DNA of 64,000 nt from Macrostomum hystrix (lineage: Eukaryota > Animalia > Platyhelminthes), in NCBI GenBank assembly GCA_950097015.1, contig CATNEN010000038.1, forward strand, positions 19,530,001 through 19,594,000, in the 5' to 3' direction. Every line of letters starts with the position of its first letter. Within the stretch, counting starts at the first letter, position 1. The notes beneath the pieces were generated by a model that was given only the letters and a program-made list of their open reading frames with translations, had not been told where the DNA came from and did no database searches. The position numbers and the translations under genes were made by a program. Positions 44,601-56,600 of this stretch are shown in pieces.

Positions 44601-47600
44601 CTTTATTTCCAAATCTACTAAAAAACCAATGTACATATTACAGTGAAGGAGACACCTCCAGCCATGCTAGGTGGCATGCAAGTCGGCCCGGGCACCAGTC
44701 CGAGTCAGTGCTTTGTCTACAAGAGCCTGATAGTACCGCTGCATACTAGCCCTAAGGCTGTCTAGTAAGTAAATATTATCGTTTCTCTTGTTAAAAAATG
44801 TTACAGATTACAAAATGAAAGTCTTTAGAGAAAATTTGAGCAATTTACTTCTAAAGTCAATAAATTAACCGACCATGCAATTATCGGACTAGAAAGGAAA
44901 AATAATTAAGCAGACAGCTTGCATAATTTGCTCTATTGCAGGGATCGGCAAAATTTTTTGGTAGCGGGCCAAAAAAAGAACCTGAAAAAAATACGACAGC
45001 GGGCCGTATTGACTGTCAGATATATGAGATAGTGGAGAGATGAGACAGAAGAAATTAGACACGGGAGGGCTGAGACACAGGAGGGATGAGACACGGGAGA
45101 GATGAGACACGGGAGGGATGAGACACGGGAGAGATGAGACACGGGGGGATGAGACACGAGAGAGATAAAACACGGGAGAGATGAGACACGGAAGGGATGA
45201 GACACGGGAGGGATGAGACACGGAAGAGATGAGACACGGGAGAGATGAGACACGGAAGAGATGAGAAACGGGAGAGATGAGACACGGGGGGATGAGACAC
45301 GAGAGAGATAAAACACGGGAGAGATGAGAGACGGAAGGGATGAGACACGGGAGGGATGAGACACGGAAGAGATGAGACACGGGAGAGATGAGACACGGGA
45401 GAGATGAGACACGGGAGAGATGAGACACAGGAGAGATAAGACACGGGAGAGATGATACACGGGAGGGATGAGACACGGAAGAGATGAGAAACGGGAGAGA
45501 TGAGACACGGGGGGATGAGACACGAGAGAGATAAAACACGGGAGAGATGAGACACGGAAGGGATGAGACACGGGAGGGATGAGACACGGAAGAGATAAGA
45601 CACGGGAGAGATGAGACACGGGAGAGATGAGACACGGGAGAGATGAGACACAGGAGAGATAAGACACGGGAGAGATGATACACGGGAGGGATGAGACACG
45701 GGAGAGATGAGCCAGAAGAAATTAGACACGGGAGGGCTGAGACACAGGAGGGATGAGACACGAGAGAGATAAAACACGGGAGAGATGAGACACAGGAGGG
45801 ATGAGACACGGGAGAGATGAGACACGGGAGAGAAGAGACATAGGAGAGATCTGATAGGGGAAAGATAAAAAATCGCACTGCCGGACGATGAGAAATTAAG
45901 GGGCAGATTTACACACCTGTGTGAGTGTGCCTGCGTAAAGTGCAAAGGGGTGAATTTAGGAAATTCGAGGGGCCACATTTGGCCCGCGGGCCAGAGCTTG
46001 CCGACCCCTGCTCTATAGTCTTAGTCTATAGCTCGTCCATCTGCCTATAGATCTTTCTGAGTTTTTCTACATTTTCTCTTAGCGTCTCCGAGTTCACTTC
46101 CCAGTCCACTGTCTCATCTGGCAGGACGTGTATTGAGCTCATTCGGCCAGATGCTGTCGCTGTCACAAGCATATCTTTCAGCTGCACTAGAGTTTTGTGT
46201 GCTCCGAATAATTCCCGATTATAGCCTGCAAACAACTTGCGCTTTTTCTGCTGGTCTTTGGCGTCCTCCTCGGCGTCCAGGTGCTCCTGGTCCAGGTATT
46301 GCGCCAGATCTTTCAGCATTTCGTCCAGACGCTGTACGCTGGCCTGAGCGTCTCTATCTCCATCCCAGTCGTTGTCGTTGTCGTTGTCATTGTCGTCTTC
46401 GTTGCTGTTGTCTTCGTCGACATCATCCGCTAAACTTCGCTTCTTTCGCAGTTTCTCTTTGGCGAATTGTACTTTAAGTCCGGGATTTACAATATCAGCC
46501 TGTTTGGCATCGTTCAGATGGTCCAGCAATTCATCTAGGCTAGAATATTCTGGCAGATTTTCTGCATTGAAATCCGACGATTCTGATGTTTGTGAAGCAG
46601 TTCTTGCGTTGTCGTCGGTTGCATGACGCTTGCGTCGATGTTGCTGCTGCTGCTGCTGCTGCTGATGCTGCTCGGCACGAGACTGGTACTGCAATAGGTG
46701 AAGTCAGTGTCTTCCAACAGACGCTAGCACAGCTACAGTGTCGTTTAAATAGTCATCAAACGAGGTTAAAATACACGATTTTACATATTTTATTACGAGT
46801 CATTAAAAAAGTTGAATGAATGTACAAAACAACTAGTCGTTTGATGGGTATGAACGAGCCTAAAGCTTCGTTGTATCTAGCTTTAAACCTTTCGCTGACT
46901 TAGACCGACAAAGTGCAACCGGCTTTAACGCTTCTGCCTTTCGCGCATGAACTCGAATCAGCGGTAAATATATATTAATTGGTGCTTTTTACGTATAACT
47001 TACGTCCTTGAATATCAAGCCCCAGAGCTCAGAGAATGTGTGCACTGCCGGACGATGAAAAATTAAGGGGCAGATTTACACACCTGTGTGAGTGTGCCTG
47101 CGTAAAGTGCTGTGTGCCAGGTTGTGTTCAAAAGTCAGGGAAATGGGCAGAATTTCCTCCTTGCTGGCTGCGGGTCTACCGTCCTCTTGCAAATATGATT
47201 ATAACATGGGAAAATCATCGCGCACAATGGACCTTAGCTGCCCAGGCCGCTGACCTCTTTCAGCTCCTCCATGTGGTCCAGAAGGTAGCCTGATCCGTCG
47301 AACAGGTTCGCATGTCGCCTTGATCGTCGAATTGTTTCTCCGTGCTCCCTAGCAAAGTCTTGCATAATTTTTGATTTAACAGCCGCCAATTCCTTTTCCG
47401 CCCGTCTTTTAGCTTCCTTCGATTTACTGAACTTCTCTTTTTGTTTCGTGTCGGCTTTACTCGGCTTGTCCCGTCTGTTGTCCTCTTCCGGGTAGAGTCT
47501 CGGGCCATTTCCTGTCACTGTATCTTCCGCTCTCCTAGCAGAAAGCCAGTCTGCATTGCCGATTGTCGCATCTGTGTCCTGTTGTTTATCTATTGGGCTT

Positions 47601-50600
47601 CGCGGCAATTCGGTCTTGTCAAGCTTGTATTGACACTTTGCTAGCTGCAGTTGCAGCAGCAGAAGCAGCATCAGTGGAAATGTTAGCTGTGGCTTCACCC
47701 GAAACATTGCTAATCTTGCTTTGTTTAGAATTGATTTTGTTTAGTCGAGAAATTTGCCTCAGTTTACGCAAAAAAGCTTTTAAGGTTTTTCACACGCGCT
47801 TTAAAAAAGCAGCAAAATTTTTGCGTGTAGGTGTCAAAGAAAAAGTATTGGCCATAGATTTTTTAAAGTTAGATATGAATCAGTTGATTAATTTGACAAG
47901 TAATTAAGTACAGCGACTGGCTTACGGGATTAATAAAAAGCTGAAGCCCTGGCTTACAGGATAAAGAAACAGTGGAAGCAGTGACTTACCGGATGAGGAA
48001 ACAGCTGAAACACTGGCTTAACGGATGAGGAAGCAGCTGAAGCAGTGACTAACCGGATGAGGAAACAGCTGAAACACTGGCTTAACGGATGAGGAAACAG
48101 CTGAAGCAGTGACTAACCGGATGAGGAAACAGCTGAAACACTGGCTTAACGGATGAGGAAGCAGCTGAAGCAGTGACTAACCGGATGAGGAAACAGCTGA
48201 AACACTGGCTTAACGGATGAGGAAACAGCTGAAGCAGTGACTAACCGGATGAGGAAACAGCTGAAACACTGGCTTAACGGATGAGGAAACAGCTGAAGCA
48301 GTGACTAACCGGATGAGGAAACAGCTGAAACACTGGCTTAACGGATGAGGAAACAGCTGAAGCAGTGACTAACCGGATGAGGAAACAGCTGAAACACTGG
48401 CTTAACGGATGAGGAAACAGCTGAAGCAGTGACTAACCGGATGAGGAAACAGCTGAAACACTGGCTTAACGGATGAGAAAACAGCTGAAGCACTGGCTTA
48501 TCGGATTTCAAAATAAAAAATTCAGATTTCTTCCAGACGGCCCGTGTTTTGTTGGTCTGGATGGAGCAGTTATATTGATGAACGTCAGCCTTTCGATAGC
48601 CCTCGGTCAGAAGTAGTTTAGCAGCAGTGGACAGAGGCCGTCAAGACCGATATTCTTTGAAGGCTTCATGGCAATGATGACTTAGTATTATATTCAGTTG
48701 AGAATTGCTTGACAAGGTCGTTGGTGTTAATTTTTATGTAGTGGCGCTTGGTATTTTTAAGCAGCCGGTCCGAGGCGTGCAGGCGTGGGCTGGTGAAAAG
48801 CTTGTTCAGCTTTTTAGCCGCTTCAGAATTCGAGCGCATCACCTGCATCCCAAATGGCAGGGGTTTACTTATAGTATCAATAAGTAATAGTATTAGTGAG
48901 TAGTATTAATATTACTGCGATTAACAGTCGCAGAATTTGGGCTGAAGGAGTAAGTCAATCTGTCAATGAGCGAGATTGTCATCAAATGTAGTCAAATAAG
49001 CCTTCTGTCATCTAGATTGCATTATGCATGTCTGTTTTTCTGGGTCACATCAAAGCCAACATGTGCTACTAATTTCTTGGAATTACTGTAATAAGTAGCT
49101 GCTGTCAGATTTGGAAGGAATATAACTTTGACAGTACGTGTAGCAATTTTATTTCACTAAAAACACGCCACTGTAGCATATATTGCTAGGGTGGTTTATT
49201 AAAAAAGTGTCTGGTGACAAAACATCTGTCATTAGGCAGACAGCAACATCGATCGATTGACTAACGTTAATTATCAACAGGCTGGATTACTACTCGTAAT
49301 CTCGGATAGTTATTCGTAAACATTAGCTTGAAGTAAACAATGTTCATTATTGATTTAAGAAACTTTAACGTGATTAAGGAAGTGGGAAGTTAGCTTTGAA
49401 AATTTTCTTTTTAATTGAAGTCGTAAATAAAACTGTAGTGTTTCAATAACTAATATGTAAGGAAAACATAAACGATCAACAATCCTTAATGCTCAATGCC
49501 TTGAACTGCATTTAAACACTTTAAAGTCAACGTCAATCTGACCACACACGTACACAGATGCCGTACGCAGGTACACGCTCACACAGGTGTGTACATCTGC
49601 TGTGACTTTCGTTGTCAGGCAGTGTAACTTTCACTGTGTCTTGGAGGTTGGCCCTCAAGGGCATAAGTTGCACGACAGGACCCCCAAGTCTTCAAATCGC
49701 GCTAGACCGCTCTGCCACTCACCCCCTCAAGGACACAAATTATCTTCCCGCGCGACAAGAATAGTTGTATTCTTATGGATATCTGCTTAATCTTCTATGG
49801 CCTAAACCTATTCGTTAAGTTTTCAATCTGTTATTTCAGTCTGGACATGCTGGATAAGCAGGAGCCGCCGCAGCCGCCAGAAGGCCAGGCCTTGTCTTTG
49901 GCCTTCTATTCTCTGGTGGAAGTGATTCGGTCTGTGCAGGCCATTTTGGAGCATCGCTACCAAATGCCTGGCATGTGCGAAGGCCTTAGCCCACCGCAAC
50001 CAGCTGCCCCTGCTACTACTGCTGACACTGGCTCCGTCAGGGAAGGCGACGGCGGTAGCGACGGTCGAGAAGAGATGCACAGAACTCTGGTATCTTCGTT
50101 GTGGTGCGCGGCCCTGGCCGCATTGTCGCTACTTCTTGAGACCAGGTAAGGCTGCATATTTTCTACCTGTCTCCTTGATTATCTACCTGTCTCCTTGATT
50201 ATCTACCCGTCTCCTTGATTATCGACCTGTCTCCTTGATTATCTACCTGTCTCCTTGATTATCTACCCGTCTCCTTGATTATCGACCTGTCTCCTTGATT
50301 ATCTACCTGTCTCCTTGATTATCTACCTGTCTCCTTGATTTTCTACCTGTCTCCTTGATTATCTACCTGTCTCCTTGATTATCTACTTGTCTCCTTGATT
50401 ATCTACCTGTCTCCTTGATTATCTACCTGTCTCCTTGATTATCTACCTGTCTCCTTGATTTTCTACCTGTCTCCTTGATTATCTACCTGTCTCCTTGATT
50501 ATCTACCTGTCTCCTTGATTTTCTACCTGTCTCCTTGATTTTCTACCTGTCTCCTTGATTATCTACCTGTCTCCTTGATTATCTACTTGTCTCCTTGATT

Positions 50601-53600
50601 ATCTACCTGTCTCCTTGATTATCTACCTGTCTCCTTGATTATCTACCTGTCTCCTTGATTATCTACCTGTCTCCTTGATTATCTACCTGTCTCCTTGATT
50701 ATCTACCTGTCTCCTTGATTATCTACTTGTCTCCTTGATTTTCTACCTGTCTCCTTGATTTTCTACCTGTCTTCTTAATTATCTACTTGTCTCCTTGATT
50801 ATCTACCTGTCTCCTTGATTATCTACCTGTCTCCTTGATTATCTACTTGTCTCCTTGATTATCTACCTGTCTCCTTGATTATCTACCTGTCTCCTTGATT
50901 ATCTACTTGTCGCCTTGATTATCTACCTGTCTCCTTGATTATCTACCTGTCTCCTTGATTATCTACCTGTCTCCTTGAGTTTCTACCTGTCTCCTTGATT
51001 ATCTACCTGTCTCCTTGATTATCTACCTGTCTCCTTGATTATCTACCTGTCTCCTTGATTATCTACCTGTCTCCTTGATTATCTACCTGTCTCCTTGATT
51101 TTCTACCTGTCTTCTTGATTATCTACTTGTCGCCTTGATTATCTACTTGTCTCCTTGATTTTCTACCTGTCTCCTTGATTATCTACCTGTCTCCTTGAGT
51201 TTCTACCTTTCTCCTTGATTTTCTACCTGTCTCCTTGATTATCTACCTGTCTCCTTGAGTTTCTACCTGTCTCCTTGATTATCTACTTGTCTCCTTGATT
51301 TTCTACCTGTCTCCTTGATTATCTACCTGTCTCCTTGATTATCTACCTGTCTCCTTGAGTTTCTAACTGTCTCCTTGATTTTCTACCTGTCTCCTTGATT
51401 TTCTACCTGTCTCCTTGATTATCTACTTGTCTCCTTGATTTTCTACCTGTCTCCTTGATTATCTACCTGTCTCCTTGAGTTTCTACCTGTCTCCTTGATT
51501 ATCTACCTGTCTCCTTGATTTTCTACCTGTGTCCTTGATTTTCTACCTGTCTCCTTGATTATCTACCTGTCTCCTTGATTATCTACCTGTCTCCTTGATT
51601 TTCTACCTGTCTCCTTGAGTTTCTACCTGTCTCCTTGATTATCTACTTGTCTCCTTGATTATCTACCTGTCTCCTTGAGTTTCTACCTGTCTCCTTGATT
51701 ATCTACCTGTCTCCTTGATTATCTACCTGTCTCCTTGAGTTTCTACCTGTCTCCTTGATTATCTACCTGTCTCCTTGATTTTCTACCTGTCTGCTTGATT
51801 TTCTACCTGTCTCCTTGATTTTCTACCTGTCTCCTTGATTTTCTACCTGTCTCCTTCATTATCTACCTGTCTCCTTGATTATCTACCTGTCTGCTTGATT
51901 ATCTACCTGTCTCCTTGATTATCTACCTGTCTCCTTGATTATCTACTTGTCTCCTTGATTTTCTACCTGTCTCCTTGAGTTTCTACCTTGAGTCTCCTTG
52001 ATTATCTACCTGTCTCCTTGAGTTTCTACCTGTCTCCTTGATTATCTACCTGTCTCCTTGATTATCTACCTGTCTCCTTGAGTTTCTACCTGTCTCCTTG
52101 AGTTTCTACCTGTCTCCTTGAGTTTCTACCTGTCTCCTTGATTTTCTACCTGTCTCCTTGATTTTCTACCTGTCTCCTTGATTTTCTACCTGTCTCCTTG
52201 ATTTTCTACCTGTCTCCTTGATTTTCTACCTGTCTCCTTGATTATCTACCTGTCTCCTTGATTATCTACCTGTCTCCTTGAGTTTCTACCTGTCTCCTTG
52301 ATTATCTACCTGTCTCCTTGATTTTCTACCTGTCTCCTTGATTATCTACCTGTCTCCTTGATTATCTACCTGTCTCCTTGAGTTTCTACCTGTCTCCTTG
52401 ATTATCTACCTGTCTCCTTGATTATCTACTTGTCTCCTTGATTTTCTACCTGTCTCCTTGATTATCTACCTGTCTCCTTGAGTTTCTAACTGTCTCCTTG
52501 ATTTTCTACCTGTCTCCTTGATTTTCTACCTGTCTCCTTGATTATCTACTTGTCTCCTTGATTTTCTACCTGTCTCCTTGATTATCTACCTGTCTCCTTG
52601 AGTTTCTACCTGTCTCCTTGATTATCTACCTGTCTCCTTGAGTTTCTACCTGTCTCCTTGATTTTCTACCTGTCTCCTTGATTTTCTACCTGTCTCCTTG
52701 ATTATCTACCTGTCTCCTTGAGTTTCTACCTGTCTCCTTGATTATCTACTTGTCTCCTTGATTTTCTACCTGTCTCCTTGAGTTTCTACCTGTCTCCTTG
52801 ATTATCTACCTGTCTCCTTGATTATCTACTTGTCTCCTTGATTATCTACCTGTCTCCTTGAGTTTCTACCTGTCTCCTTGAATATCTACCTGTCTCCTTG
52901 ATTTTCTACCTGTCTCCTTGAGTTTCTACCTGTCTCCTTGATTTAATACCGTTCAATTTCACACCTATATCTGCCATTTTTTCTACCTGGACTTGCAGTT
53001 GTTGCTGTGGCTCTTTATTGTTTATTTGTAAATATTATCTCATTGCTCACTTATTTTAATAGTAGTCCACTTAATTAATAATTAGAGAGCTCATTTTAGG
53101 AAAAACTTGTATTATCTAATATTTAGCCTATCTGCCCACTATAATTGATTTATTGATTTTCCGTTATTACACTAATGCATATCTAAACGTAGGTTTTAAA
53201 CTCAGTTTGACTAAACTCTAAAAGTTGACTCCTTTCTGTCATTAAAATTCTAAGGACTCTATACTCACTATTGTGTGTCTGTGTGCGTGTGTTGAATCAG
53301 CAAGCAACAGTCAATTTGTTCTGAACTTTTAGCTGAGCTTAAAAAACGAACATAGACCACTTAAGAGGTATGAGAAATATTAGAAGAACACATGCGAAAT
53401 TAGTATAAAACATTTTAGAATTCCGTTTGTCGCATTACCTAATCTATGCTTAATTACCGAGATTTCTAGAAATCTATATTATAATTCCAAGCTCTTATTG
53501 TGAGAATTATAATTTCCAATTATAAATTCTTACAATACTTACTCTAGCAGTTGGGAAAAAAAGGCAGACAAGATTCTAATTAAAAAGTTGATTAATTTTC

Positions 53601-56600
53601 CTTGATCAAATGCTCGATTGCCCGATAAAGAAACTTTCAGAAGAATCTTAGAAATTCAATTGGGCAATTTATATTGATAACTATTGGATGCCTATATTAG
53701 ATAAAATTGTGCCTTTTCGCCATTATTCATCATTCCGATAGAGGAAATTCTCAGCTGAGATTAGAGCAGACCAAATTGTGGAAGAATAGTCAAAGAAGAA
53801 GGTTAATTTTTTTCACGATTTAATTTCAAGGCTGTTCCTATCTACGAGTATAGTATTTGTCATGCTATCTCAGCCTAGAGACATCCAAACTCAGCCAGTC
53901 CCATTCCGCAATGCGTTTTTTTGGCTCGAGCTAGTCGACTTTTATCATAGACATGCTTCTTAAGGCCATGCTATCTCAGCCTGGGACATGCAATCTCAGC
54001 CAATATAGATTTCAATTGCAAACAGATCTCAATGCTATCATTTCTGTAACGTGACATGAAATGGCAACAAACAGCAATGAATGAACGCAACAAGAAAAGT
54101 CAGTAAGGGTACGCAACAACGGACAAAGTCAGTAAGACGCTCAGTGCTCAGCCTAGTTGACAATCGCAGACAATGACGACTCTGGCATTGCCGATCTGCG
54201 GGACAACTTGTTCAACAAGGTCGTTGACGAAGTGCTGAAATCTCTCCTTCGTCTGGCCTCCCCTGAAAAACTCGCTCTTCACCAGCCCCAAAGCGGAAGA
54301 CACGGCCAGGTAGATCGAGAGATTTGGACCCCTCTGGGTCGGGCATCGGCGCCTCACTGGCTGACCCCGTCGTGACCACCCTTGCGATCTGCGAGTCCAC
54401 AGGTTGTAACCCGTTTCGTCGATGTAGACGACCACCGTGTCCTGTTGCAGTTCGGTCATGAGCAGCGCGTACTCGCGTCTCTTCTCGATCACCCCCTGCG
54501 AGTTTGCGCTCAGTCGGATGTCAGTGTTCTTGGTAGCGATCTTGAACGTGTACAAAGCCCCTTCCAAGGCTCTGGCCAGTGTCTTGATGGTGACAGGCGG
54601 CTTGTTGGGAAGCTGTGCACTCAGCTTCGTGCGCAATGCTTTCAGCGTCGCCAGGGGGTTCGCATCCACGAAAGCAATAAGCGCCTGGCGCATCTCCTCA
54701 TTGAACTTGCATGAGCCAATCTTTCTTCCCCCTCGCGGGAGGGCATCCACCCGGCCCGTTGCTTCATAAATCCTGACGATATGCCGAGCTGTCTTCATAT
54801 TCATGCGAAGAACTTTGGCGGCCACACGTAGGTCCTGACCTTCCGTCCACGCAGCAATCAGTCGTCTTCTGTCTTCGTCGCTTGTTGTTCTCATTCTGTT
54901 TCATTTGCTTCGATCACAGACTAAGCCACAGACAGCTTGACATAGCATCTGAAAAGTGGCTGAGATTGCATGTCCCAGGCTGAGATAGCATGGCCTTAAG
55001 AAGCATGTCTATGGTAAAAGTCGACTGGCTTACGTAAAAAATCGCACTGTCGAGATGGGCTGGCTGAGTTTGGATGTCTCTAGGCTGAGATAGCATGACA
55101 AATACTATAATTATACCTTTTTGCGTAACATTTGGGCTTTCTTGCGAGCCATTTGGGCAGCGCAGGCAGTAATGAGCGAGACGAAAGCAGGCACTCTGTG
55201 CCATAGACAAAGATTGCATTTGCTTCTGAATTTGGCAACCAATTTGGGCCCCTTTGCGAGCAATTTCGGCCATTTAAAAGCTACGCTATGAACGCAGAAG
55301 AACATGAGCCATACAGACAAAGAGGTGAAAGCACCAATAGGAAAAATGTTAACTTAGGAAAACAATCAGACTGACTGAAAAGGAGTCAACATGATGATGT
55401 CAAAACGTCACTCGGTAATGTCAGCTGCCTCGAGGCAACGCTGCATGTAGGTCAGACTGTGGTTCACCCACTGTCGACACTTGAATGGCGTGATCTCGAA
55501 TACAGCAGTGTCGATCAGTTGCTGCAGAATCCGCAGTCGTTGCTGATGTAGCGTGCTTCCCGCTGCGGCTGCTGCGTCTCGGTTACCGGCTTGGCGCTGA
55601 ATGTCCGGTTGTGACAAGCTGCGCTTCAGAGCAGCTTTCAGGCAGGAGCCAGTTTGCTCAGCTGCGTTCAGGAACGGCGAGTGTCTTCACTGTCTATGAC
55701 TGCTGCCCCTGTTTTTTATCTCTGACTGCCACCACTGGCCGAAATTGCTCGCAAAGGGGCCCAAATTGGTTGCCGAATTCAGAAGCAAATGCAATCTTTG
55801 TCTATGGCACAGAGTGCCTGCTTTCGTCTCGCTCTCCACTGCCTGCGCTGCCGAAATGGCTCGCAAGAAAGCCCAAATAGAACGCAAAAAGGTTAATTTA
55901 TTTTATTTATATGCAAACTTTTTTCCGCCTAAAATTCACGCATCTGTGAATGCTTTGCGTTATGCTATTGGTAGATTATCGACTATCTACGTGAAGGATT
56001 GGCCATAGACAAAATAGCATAAAATACATTTTAATTCGATGCTTTTTATAGTGTTCACAACCGACAGTGCGTCTCGTGCACCGCGGATATTAGTACAAAA
56101 TAACAAACAATGAAGCTGAAATCAATCGAAGATTAATGATTTTTAGTGTAATCAATAATCAATTGCAACAAGTTCAGTAAACGTTCGTATAATAAAAAAT
56201 CTATTTAATTACACGATTCATGACCGGCTGTAGGTTGAAAAAAAATAACCCGAATACTATAATACATATATTAGTCACTTTGTCGAGGCGTGTTGTGTTT
56301 GAGAGTTATCAGTCATGAGAATTATGAGTCATAAGAATTATGAGTCATGAGAATTATGAGTCATGAGAATTATGAGTCATGAGAATTATGAGTCATGAGA
56401 GTTATGAGTCATGAGAGTTATGAGTCATGAGAGTTATGAGTCATGAGAGTTATGAGTCATGAGAGTTATGAGTCATGAGAATTATGAGTCATGAGAATTA
56501 TGAGTCATGAGAATTATGAGTCATGAGAGTTATGAGTCATGAGAGTTATGAGTCATGAGAGTTATGAGTCATGAGAGTTATGAGTCATGAGAGTTATGAG

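Noticed and set aside
44889-45978. [13 protein letters not shown]-repeat proteins (also 32485-32871)
   Set aside because: All three minus-strand frames are open because of the 16-bp array inside the MITE.
53851-55893. A single circularly permuted element (reinserted transposon circle)
   Set aside because: Each half has its own inverted pair of ends, with left/right divergence typical of natural TIRs. A simple circle junction would not produce outer inverted copies of both ends.
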